Below, one piece after another: positions 1 to 11,305 of a DNA stretch of 64,000 nt; within the stretch, counting starts at the first letter, position 1, and the number at the start of each line of letters is the position of its first letter. Source of the stretch: Nageia nagi (Eukaryota > Plantae > Pinophyta); contig JBITNC010000001.1 of assembly GCA_050084985.1 (NCBI GenBank), forward strand, positions 197,594,001 through 197,658,000, read 5' to 3'. The notes below the pieces were generated by a model. The model had not been told where the DNA came from and ran no database searches. It saw nothing but the letters and a program-made list of their open reading frames with translations. Made by a program: the position numbers and the translations under genes.

Positions 1-367
1 AATGCAATATCTACCTCATTTCTTGATGACATTATTTCATGTAACCTATTAAAATGATTAGTAGAAGTGTCTCCATATATTACGAAAGATAAATCAACAA
101 TCCCAAACTTATGATAAAAATTATGCCTTATACAAGGTTTCTCAAATTTGGGGACATTACATAATTTGAAAAATAAAATACTCCTAATCTAAGTACTAAA
201 GATCACAATGAACAGGCATAAGGGATTGTGTTTAGATGTACCAAATTAGGGACATTATAATCTTTGCAGGTTTGTATACAAAAATATTTTTGGTGAATTT
301 CATTTAGCATGGTGAATTAATTATTTGCAAAAGATATTGCACTAAAATTCCTAGATACCTTTATTAC

Positions 368-373
<6 letters not shown>

Positions 374-422
<49 letters not shown>
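374..422. repeat. (AT)n microsatellite
   Basis: Uninterrupted AT dinucleotide run of about 24 units. Confidence 0.95.
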
Positions 423-426
<4 letters not shown>

Positions 427-429
427 CTC

Positions 430-2311
430 TAATAATTTTATGGAGCTAGTCAAAAATATTAATCCTCAAGGTAACTTGGCCAAAAATAATTGGCCTACCT
501 TAAATCCTATAAATTCCCTCCTCCAAATTATTTTGGAGTCTTATATTTGGTGTCCCAAAATAATTGAGCAATACTATTTTAACCTTATGGCTTCAAAATA
601 AATTTTGAAAAAATTCACCACCAAAATAAAGCATTATGTCTTGCACAAATAATAAAAGATAATGTGGACAATAGTTATGTCTATTGGAAGTATTATTTTC
701 AAACTTTACTATAAATAATATAGATTTTTTATGGAAAAATACATCTCTCTCATACTTTCAAAATTATTCTCGTGGCTCGTGAAAAGAGGAGCCTTATCAT
801 CCCACTTATTTTCTCTCCAATTTTATAATCATGTGTTTTCCTAGTTATAGCATTTATTTGCTATAATTTGTGATATTATTTCTTGGTTACATGAAAGCCA
901 CCATACATTTTATTTTAGTGAAAGTTATATTAAATTTTAAGTCTTTAGTTTGTGAATGATGTTGATAAAATTTTATTCATATGCTCATGTCTTTATGCCT
1001 TAAAAATAATCCTTTTAGGCCAATAGTGTCATTTTAAAATTAATATAATAAAAAAAATCTCTTTTGATAATATCACATGTGGTGACTAGAGGGAATAATG
1101 GTATTACATCCCTTACATTATAAGGCATACCTCCCCCTTTGAGCAAATATCTTCTCCTTTTCTTCCCAACTTAACCAAAGGGAATTATTGGGTACTAAAG
1201 TTTGACTAGTTAATTATGTTTACTAGAACCCTTTGTAAACTAAAGCTTTTTCCATATTCTTTACTCATTCTCACCTCCCTCAAATGCTCATGAATGTTTG
1301 AGTTTGGGAACATCTTGGAAAAGATTATGTCATGTTTTTAAGGTAATGGGTGACTTTCATAATCCATTTCGAAGGACTTTTATTCATTCCAAGTCATTAC
1401 CTTTAATTTAGAAGAATTAGGATCTATCTGAGAAGGTGTCAATAAAATTGGGATTCTAAGGGAAATTTCATATACTACATGGTTGCAAAAATACCTTTGT
1501 AGTTATCAATTAAGTAAGATTATCAAATTGTTCTTTCAATAGTTTTTACTCTATTGATAAGTGGATTAATGCTTGAAGTCTAGTTATCCCTTCTCAATGA
1601 ATCGTTCTTACTAATCACAAACAGGTATGGAGGTACCCATGTGCTATCATTTTGGAACCCCTTAGCATCATAAGTTTTGATGAGAAAATGATTTGACATA
1701 TATTTTTACATTTGTATAGAGATAATTTTAGAAAGGGAGCTTTGATATTTTACTAATACTTTGTTGGCCTTTTCTATGAGTTGAATAACTTGTCGATTAA
1801 GTTGATTGTGTTTTCATTACAACTTATCAAATTCCTAGAGTAAATTGAGAAACACATACTCTATGTATGCAATCTTTGCTCAATTATTTTCCCCTTAAAT
1901 TCCATTCTTAATATTTTCTTAAGTTGTAGGGAATATATATGTATTTGAATTAATAAAAAGATTTGAAGAGGCTCTTGTTTTGAACCCATTCATCCTTCGT
2001 ATCTCACTTTGAAATGTCCTATTGGAATGGGATGCAAAATAATGGTTGATATACAATAAATCTTATCGAGTTTTCCCATCCTAGTTGGGTTTCATAGAGA
2101 GTCTTCCTATTGGAAAAGTTTTGTGTGTGTCATATTGCTCAATAAGGAGTTTGAATGCACTCTATGATGTCATATTAGATGCATGCGAGACATCATAAAT
2201 CATATTAAAAATCTTAAGAAAATTGAATGTTGATACAAATGTGGTGTTATCCATCTGAGTGATGATCTTTTATCATTTAATTTGGTGCTAGATCCCATTT
2301 CTCCCAATTTA
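430..2311. mobile_element. Highly decayed LTR-retrotransposon-like sequence that received the MULE insertion
   Basis: No intact ORF. Composition and short motifs resemble decayed retroelement DNA, which resumes after 15536. Family not assignable. Confidence 0.3.
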
Positions 2312-2321
2312 TTTTCTAAAT

Positions 2322-3590
2322 GGTGTTGGCTATCTAGCCTCTAAAATTCCCCCTTACTTTGACATGTTATCCCATTGGTATGTATGCCATGGGGGTTATA
2401 TGCACTTTGATTATTCTAGCCTAAATATGCTTCATTTAACCCTCCATATGCATGGGTTGTTGGGTCATTCTTGTCATGGCATGGCATCTCCCCATGCCCA
2501 TCTAGAATTAATCAAATTTCAATTAACCTCTCTAGAAATGCCATTTGATTAGTCTTGTTTAAATGCTTTTTGATTATGCAATATTAACCACCATTCAATT
2601 AACCCTTGATATCGAATGACCATTTGTGTCTAAGCATCATTTGATTAACTTAGAAATCGATGATGCTTGATTAACCCTATAGAATCGATGATATTTAATT
2701 AACCTCAATTATCTTGGGCTCTCCACTTTGAATATATATTGAGGATATCATTAATGGCATGGGTTAATCAAACTATATTTATGTGTACTATACACAAGTC
2801 AATTAACTCACACATTGTATTAGCCTGCCTCAAATTTACCATTGTACACTAATCGATGATGTTCAATTAACCTTAATTATATCAAGCTCTTCATCTTGTA
2901 TGTATCTCGAGTATATCATTAATGACCTTGGTTAATCAAATTGTATTTATGTAGCATATATGTAGTTTGATTAACCCATTCATCATATCATCCCACCTCA
3001 TATTTCAATGGGTGCCAACTACCGTACACACATCCATTAATGCAAAGGTTAATCAAACTATAATTATCAAGTTAAATGAAGTTTGATTAATCCTTCTTAA
3101 ATTTAAATGAAAATATGATCATTCTCATTCTTGTTTTATGCATGCTTAGATGTGGATGTTACAAGGAGCTCTCGAATGGGTAGCAAAGCTTAATACCAGG
3201 CAATTTTTTCAATTCCTTGGCTCTATTTATTCATTTTCTAGTTGATGAGTGTCCATGCATGCATGTCATTGGATTTTTATTGTGATCATTGCATTCCATG
3301 AGAGCACATTTTGATGATTTAAATACTAGGTAGTTTTTCAATTCCTTAGCTCTATTTGTTCATTTTTCAATTGATGAGTGACCATGCATGCATGTCCTTG
3401 AGTTTTTATTATGATCATTACATTCCATGAGATTGCATTTCGATGAGGCATTTCATACAAAACTTGACCTACCCTTTTAATGTATTCATTTTATGCATAT
3501 CTTGTGAGTATTGTAGTCCATGAATCTCAATCTTAGTTGTATAACCCTACTTGGTCCATTAGCAATGTATATATAATGATTTGTACACAA
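2322..3590 (+). repeat. Left terminal inverted repeat (~1.25 kb)
   Basis: Block-by-block reverse-complement match to 14270-15526, e.g. CCCCATGCCCATC / GATGGGCATGGGG and ACCCTACTTGGTCCATTAG / CTAATGGACTGAGTAGGGT. Contains many TTGATTAACC motifs. Confidence 0.85.
3405..3530 (-). pseudogene. PLS-class PPR gene fragment within left TIR
   Basis: Minus strand reads SWTTILTRYA*NEYIKRVGQVLYEMPHRNAISWNVMI, matching the PLS-PPR pattern SWTAMIAGYAQNG..EEA..LFDEMP.RNVVSWNAMI. Confidence 0.75.
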
Positions 3591-3916
3591 ATTGCTACTA
3601 GGTTTTTGAATTAAAATTTTAATTCAAAATCCATGCTATCCTATTCTAGAGGCTAGATAGTCTAGTTTCTTAGCTTATTCAAAAGTACTTTGTTGAATAT
3701 CTTAAGAAATAAAGCACACCATAAATGAAAGTCCTCATTCATAATATTTTGTAAGAAATAAATAAATGGAAATAAGCTCTTTGATGTTTTGGGATATAAT
3801 TCTCTTTGCTTTAATTAATATAGTGACTTCATTTAATTAATATTGTGACTTCATAAACTTCCATATGTAGGGAATTGGACCATGAATGAGGACTATAATT
3901 GACATCCTTAACACTT

Positions 3917-4161
3917 GATATAGAGCCCTAAATGGAGCTAATACTCCTAGTATGAGGGAATTAAGGGTAAAGGAATAGAAATTATCACATACGTTGCACT
4001 TATTTTTGAAGTATTCAATTTGGCTTTCAATATACTCATACTTGAAAAGCCAAACTAGATACTTTAATAATAAGCAAAATGTTTATGGTAAATTATATTC
4101 CTTTAGCCTTAACTTTGCCCTTGTCTTAGGAATGAGTTAGCTCCATAAAGAGCTTTGTATC
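3917..4161. repeat. ~245-bp imperfect palindrome (foldback hairpin)
   Basis: GATATAGAGCCCTAAATGGAGCTAA pairs with TTAGCTCCATAAAGAGCTTTGTATC. TAAAGGAATA pairs with TATTCCTTTA. TTGGCTTTCAA pairs with TTGAAAAGCCAA around a short loop near 4037. Confidence 0.8.
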
Positions 4162-4179
4162 GGCTACTACTAAATTTCT

Positions 4180-5420
4180 TCAATACACCAATAATCAACT
4201 ATATGGATGGAGAGCTATGAAGGTACATTGTTTAATGTCTTCCTCAAAATGAAACATTTGTAATTCTCAGGATTGAACTTTCATAATTCATAGACTATGA
4301 ATATTGACATCTACAAGCTAGGTTAAATACCAAATATTTGTTTACAAGGTTAATCAATTGAAGGAAAATGAAGGGCATTCTTCAAATCATTTTAGTACAA
4401 AAAATTGTATTTGTATCATGCATATTATCAAAATCACTAGGCCTCATTTGTTCTTCCACATGTATTTTGCATGCAAGTAGAACATAATTTTTTTGTATGC
4501 AAGTATAACACATAACTTTTAGGGGGTATAAATTTGTTGGTTGAGGATGGTTTGTGGATATTGCAATATTTGTTGATAAATTTTGGTTGAGAGATGTTAT
4601 TTAAACATAAATATACTATGAAAATGACAAGGTTACATGGAAGTAAATGTATATCAAGTAAAACTTTGAGAGTGATAGATGTGTATATATTTAATAGTGA
4701 TTTAATGAGACTTTGGTATTTGATTATCTATTCCTACTTAGCTTCCAATTGACATGGAACTAGAAACAAAAAATTTAGCAGCCCTAATTAGTAGGTGGAT
4801 TTTGAAGGATTTTCTTTGATGGGTATGATCATTAATGATTAGTCAAATCCTAAATTATTTATCCAAGTAACTAACACTTACTTTAACTACACTTTATATT
4901 TGATCTTGATTCCTATTTAGCTCTCACTTAATGGACCTTTCATGTATTCTTCCACATTTTGTATAAATATATAAACTAACTTCCAATGTTGACACAAATT
5001 TAGATCATTTAAGTCTAGATGATTTACAACGTTGCCTTCAAACACATTTTGATGGTTTGATTAAACATTATAAGGAGAAGGAGGAGCAGGTCCAAATCAT
5101 TGAAGGGGAACCAAAGTTAGAAAAAGATGAAATACTAAAATTGACAAAAGAGATAAGTTAAGAGAGGGACTTGCAAACATCCTAATCAAGGTTAAAGATC
5201 TTGAACTTGAAATATTTCTTCTGGGCGGTGAAAGAACTAAAAGTGTGAGGAGTTAGATGGGTTGTAGAAGGTTTTTAGTATGATAGATTTCATTTATTTA
5301 GTTATATATGCAATAAATTATACTTATCTTTTTTAAATGAGCTTGACCATGCCTGTGATGTGCAGGATTGACAAGGAAATATTGGGCAAAGTGGTTATCA
5401 AAGAACATGAATTTTTGATA
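4180..5420 (+). pseudogene. Degenerate multi-exon MULE internal gene, coiled-coil-like product
   Basis: Several short GT..AG intron-like segments (acceptors TTCTCAG ~4270, TACTTAG ~4741, TATTTAG 4920, TGTGCAG ~5365). The segment ~4985-5255 reads LDHLSLDDLQRCLQTHFDGLIKHYKEKEEQVQIIEGEPKLEKDEILKLTKE..., with stops and frameshifts. Confidence 0.45.
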
Positions 5421-6077
5421 CATTTATGCAAATTTTGTATGCATTTAGATATTTGTATCAATATATATCTCTAAATATTATGGATACATTGGCTATATGT
5501 CTTTACATATTTTGGATACAACCATTATATCTCTGAATGTTGTGGATACATTCTGAAGTTACATATTAATGTATAATATAGTTTTTACAACCTAAATAAC
5601 AATGGCATATCTTGTTACAATTAAATTCTGTGACATGGTGTATTGGTTTTTGATGTGTAGCATTTTCAATATTCTATATTTTGAATGTGTAGTATTTTAA
5701 ATGTGTTATGTATAATATTTTACTATTGTTATGATAGTCATTATATGCAATTTTTCTTATGTATAATATGTTACATGTGGAACTATGTGATAATTGAATA
5801 CAAATGTCCAATATACTATTTAAAAAAATGTACATCGTATTATTTTACAAAATGAAACTTTGAAATGAGGCATGGAAATTCATGGAAAATTAACTAGATG
5901 TGGGTTTCTTTTGCATGCAATAGTGATAAAAACCTTGATAGACATGTTTATAAAATTTGCAAACATACAAAATATAAGTGGTTTTTTTACAAGATGCAAA
6001 AATAATTTCATGGGATGCAATGATTGTAGAATATGCAAGGAATGTTTGTAGCAAGAAAACCATTAAAGTGTTTTAAA

Positions 6078-6635
6078 AAATGAAATATTTTTGCATTAGT
6101 GTAGATAATGTACATTAGTTAGTGTATTATATGCTTTTGTCACCAATCTAGTTAAGGAGGGTTATCAATACTTCACATCCATGAATGAAATATTTGCACA
6201 CATAATGGAATAAAACATGTATGGTTAATATTCTTATCCATGTAAGGAAATCATTTAATTGTTCAAATAAATGAAATATTTGGGCATTAGTGTAGATGAT
6301 GATACTTTAGTTAATGTATTATGCTTGTGTAGCCACATAGATCTAGTTAAGGAGGGTTATCACTACTGCACATCCATGAATGAAATATTTGCATAGATAA
6401 TGGAATAAAACATGTATGGTTAATCTTCTTGGCCATGTTAGGAAGTCATTTAAGTGTTTGAACAAATGAAATATTTGGGCATTAGTGCATATGATGATAC
6501 TTTAGTTAGGGTATTATATGCTTGTGTAGACAAATAGATCTAGTTAAGGAAGGTTATCAATACTTCACATCCATGAATGAAATATTTACATACATAATGG
6601 AATAAATGGTTAACCTTATTGGCCATGTTAGGAAT
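6078..6635 (+). repeat. Tandem repeat, ~192-bp unit x3
   Basis: AAATGAAATATTT(T/G)(T/G)GCATTAGTG...TCTAGTTAAGGAGGGTTATCA...CATCCATGAATGAAATATTT recurs at ~6078, ~6269 and ~6464. Confidence 0.9.
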
Positions 6636-6701
6636 TTTAAATAAAGTAAAAGACTATACTAATAAAAACTTAACACTTAATGTTTTATATGTTTGATTAA
6701 C

Positions 6702-7130
6702 CAAATTTGGGTTATATGAAGTTCAGTTAACCCTTTATATGCATGAAGAATTCAAGTTTGGGTTATACATAGTTTGATTAACCCTCAATATGTTCATAGA
6801 ATTTTCTAGTTTGGGTTATACATAGTTTGATTAACCCTCAATATGTTCATCGAATTTTCTAGTTTGGGTTATACATAGTTTGATTAACCTTGTATATGTT
6901 CATCGATTTTTCTAGTTTAGCTTATACGTAGTTTGATTAACCCTATATATGTTCATCAAATTTTTCAAGTTTAGGTTATATGTAGTTCAATTAACCCTAT
7001 ATATGTTCATCAAATTTTTCAGTTTGGGTTATATGTAGTTTGATTAACCCTTTATATGTTCATCGAATTTTCTTATACACAATTTTATTAACCCTTTAGT
7101 TTAGGTTATACATATTTTGATTAACCCTCT
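6702..7130 (+). repeat. Tandem repeat, 53-bp unit x~8
   Basis: AGTTTGGGTTATACATAGTTTGATTAACCCTCAATATGTTCATCGAATTTTCT. Units start at 6755, 6808, 6861, 6914, 6968 and 7021, with degenerate flanking copies. Confidence 0.92.
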
Positions 7131-8989
7131 ATATAGTTTGGGTTAGGTTCCATTTGAGTAAACACAGTTTGATTACTCACTATTGGTTATATGAAATTTG
7201 ATTATAAGTGTTGGTGTTAACAAAAAAAATTGCATTATTTATTGTAAGCAAATTTTGAGCAAAATACAAGAAATGCAAAATTTGCTCAAAACTTGTTGGT
7301 AGCAAGAAATGCAAATTTGGCTCAAAACTTCACTTACTCACTAAAATGATTATGCAATTCATGAAGGCAAATCAATCTAGCATACAAGGATAATGTAACA
7401 TCTCTATTCCTCCATTTCATGAAAGATACCAAAACACCTAACAATTATGATGCCAAATCAATCCAATATACAAAGATGATGGTAACAACTATGATCCCAA
7501 AGCTAATGAATAATGGTAATGTACAATGGATGCTAATAAAATTCTATTACATCCCAAAGTATATAATCCTTATACAAAATAATTTATACAAGTCTACTTA
7601 GATAGTTTTAGGTTACCAAAAGACATACATATAAAAGTGTATTATATGATAAATGTCTATCCTTCTTGTTCCTTGTAAAACTATTTTGATCTTTTAACCA
7701 CTTCTCTCTTTCTTTTCCCTTCAACCCATAGGGAGTTATAAAAGTGTGTTTTACTCTTTTGGATGGTTTCTATGTACATTCAATGTTTTCTTCACTATCA
7801 GGTATATCTTGTGATATTAAGTTGAGTGAAAACTACAATTGGTTCATCATATGTGTGGATAGAATTTGACCTTGGGTCAAGTTTTTGTATACATTGTTCA
7901 ATCATTTTGTAATAAAAAAAATTTATGAAGTATTCTTTATAGTCTTACTTTCTTATGCATTTTAGTTTTCCATTATAGTATAATTATGTTTTCATGCCAA
8001 GTTTTAGTATAAAATATTTTGTACTATCATTTGGAAAATGATACCCATCAATATCAATTACATAGTATATATCCTCTTCCATCAACAAAATAAAAAATAT
8101 GCATCCCAAGTAACTACATAAACTTCTATTTGACCATTTTGTATGAAGTCTTCCTACATAGAATCAAATGAGTCAAGGCCACTCAGATATGGACATAGTT
8201 GATTGATAATTTCTAATATGAACATGATAAAATATTTAGCTCCCATTGAGAAAGGTCAAATTTTTCTCTACAACAAATTAAACATCTCAAACTGTCCATC
8301 TGGGTAATTTTTTATAGTATTCTTTGCCACACATATCTCTCCACTCTGCACTTCCATCATTATAATTTTATCAAGTGCTTTCTTTGATGGCAATATTCCT
8401 AGGTTTTTATATAACTAATTGATAATTTCTAAAAGCAACATCCTATAATCACTTGAACCGTTAACACCTTCATTGTACTAGTATTCATTTTCCTTGAAAT
8501 AATTTGTGTAGAGTTTTGTGCTTTTATCCTTGGTCATGAACTGTTTGGGGTAAAATCTACCAGATTGGCTAATATTGGGTTTAAGAAGAATACCTCCACC
8601 CTAGGCCTGCATGGGACCATTAAAAAGATCAATTATACTCAAACATGCTAAATAATTAAATTGATACATTAAAAATTCTCCACATTAAAGTTAATATGTT
8701 GAAATTGATACATTACCTAGTGTTTGATATTTTGTGGAGGATGTGAGACTTTATAATAGACCCCAATGTTATTTTCTTTTGAATTAGTTTGAACTAACTC
8801 ACCACATGTCTACATGGACCAAAACAAATGGAGTATTAGATAATGGTATAGACATACATCAAAGAGTAGTTGAAAATGGCTATCTGAAACAATTTTACAA
8901 ACTTTTATGCAAGTGTAATTTTCAAGTGTAAAGGTAAACTCTACAACCTGAGTGACTTTTATCATAATATTCTTGGGATGAATCTCAGT

Positions 8990-9960
8990 TTATGTCCCCT
9001 TCCCTTCATCTACATTTGCATTTGAACTTGTTATTTTTTGCATAGCACTTTCTTGTGTCACATACAAAATATTAAACTAAGGACAATGATAAAATTATAA
9101 ATACAATAGCTACAAGTATAGTGCAAATGAACTATATACTTGATCAAAATACTACCATCTACATTTTATTTTATCCTATTTTGTGTCCCCTTCCCTTCAT
9201 ATGCATTTGCATTTGAACTTTTTATTTTTTACGTGGCACATTTCTATTTCACAAACAATTATGATAAATGATACATTGGAGGATAAATATTAAACTAAGT
9301 CCAATGATAAAATTACCAATACAATAGCTATAAGTATAGCACAAATGAACTATATACTTGAATCAAACTGCTATCATATGCATTTTCTTTTATCCTATTT
9401 TGTGTCCCATTTCCTTCATATGCATTTGCATTTAAACTTTTTGTATTTTATGTGGCACATTCTTGTTTCAAAATAATTATGATAAATGATAAATAGGAAG
9501 ATAAATATTAAAATAAGTACAATGATAATAATATTCCAAATACAATAACAATAAGTATAGTACAAACAAACTATATACCTTAATCGATGTTCTACAATCT
9601 ACATTTTCTTGCATGATACATTCAATAGCACTAACCTATGGAATATAGAATTATGAGAAATACAACTATAAATATTAAGCTAAGTACAAAACTCTTTACA
9701 AGGCTAGCTCTTCGGTGGAAGTAAACACAAACTATATACCTAATTCAAAGTACCATGATCTGCATTTTATTGTGTCCCCTTCCCTTCATCTACATTTGTA
9801 TTTGAACTTTTTATTTTTTGTGTAGCACCTTCCTATCTCATATAGAAGGATAAATATTAAACTAAGTACAAAAATCATTACAAGGCTAGCTCTCAAGTGG
9901 AATAATGAACAAACTATATACCTTATTCGTATTGCCACAATCTGCATTTTCTTCATTTTC
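8990..9960. repeat. Imperfect tandem repeat, ~190-220-bp unit x~5
   Basis: TGTCCCCTTCCCTTCAT..CATTTGCATTTGAAC and AAATATTAAACTAAG..AACTATATAC recur, e.g. at ~8993, 9184, 9403 and 9773. Confidence 0.85.
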
Positions 9961-10059
9961 ATGTATCCCATTGCATTCATTTAATGTCTTCCATTTTCCT
10001 GTGTTGCATTCCCCACATATTGAATAAAAGGTGTCTGTATGAAAATATCAATATGCAAA

Positions 10060-11305
10060 GATGTGCAATGTCATAAGACAACTAAGCAACAAGATCAAGC
10101 TATCCAATTTAATGTTATTACAATACATACTTATATGCTCACCTCATGTATCAAGCTTAAAATATGAGAAGAGTTTGTCTCATTGAAAGGTTGAGCATTC
10201 TCTACCAATGCATTAGTCTCACCACCTCTTTGCATGGAGCAAAATAAGTGGATTATAAAATATTAATGACATTATCAATTTCAAAAAATATGTCATAAAT
10301 GTAATATGCATATATGTGCAATGTCATAAGATAACTAGGAACCAAGATCAAGCTATGTAATTTAATGTCATTACAAGATGCATTTATATTCTCACCTCCT
10401 ATATCGAGCTCAAAACATAAGAAGATTTTATCTCATTGAAAGGTCGAGCATTCTCTATCGATGCATTAGTCTCACTACATCTTTGTATGGAGCAAAATAA
10501 GTGGATTATAAAATATTAAGCACTTTGTAAATTTTGAAAAATATCTCATAAATGCAATTTGCATAGATGTGCAATGTCATAAGAAAACTAGACAACAAGA
10601 TCAATCAATCTAATTTAATTTCATTACAATATGTATTTATATGCTCACCTCTTGTATCGAGCTTAAAACATGAGAACAGTTTGTCTCACCAAAAGGTCGA
10701 GCATTCTTTATCGATGTATTGGTCTCACCACCTCTTTGCATGGAGAAAAATAAGTGGATTATAAAATATTAACAACATTTTCAATTTCAAAAAATAACTC
10801 ATAAATGCAATCTATGTAGATGTGTAATGTCATAAGACAACTAGGCAACAAGATCAAGCTATGTAATTTAATATCATTATAATATGCATTTATATGCTCA
10901 CCTCTTGTATCGAGCTAAAAATATGAGAAGATTGTATCTCACTAAAAGGTTGAGCATTCTCTACTGATGCATTGGTCTCACCACCTCTCTACTTGGAGCA
11001 AAATAAGTGGATTATAAAATATTAAGGACATTATCAATTTCAAAAAATATCTCATAAATGCAATCTGCATAGATGTGCAATATCATAAGACAACTAGGCA
11101 ACAAGATCAAGCTATGTAATTTAATATCATTACAATACACATTTATTGCTCACCTCTTGTATCAAGATCAAAATATGAGAAGAGTTTATCTCACTGGAAG
11201 GTTGAGCATTCTCTACTGATGCATTGGTCTCACCACCTCTTTGCATGGTACAAAATAAATGGAGTATTGAATATTAATGATATTTTTAATTTTGAAAAAT
11301 ATCAC
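10060..11305. repeat. Tandem repeat, ~253-bp unit x5, each carrying an 87-nt exon-like segment on the minus strand
   Basis: ATGTGCAATGTCATAAGACAACTA...CAAGATCAAGCTA recurs at ~10061, 10314, 10568, 10820 and 11073. Exon-like segments: 10143-10229, 10396-10482, 10649-10735, 10902-10988, 11154-11240. Confidence 0.92.

Noticed and set aside
6702-7130. CRISPR-like or telomeric array (TAACCC/GGGTTA)
   Set aside because: Units are head-to-tail with no unique spacers, the context is eukaryotic, and the hexamers are isolated rather than tandem TTTAGGG.
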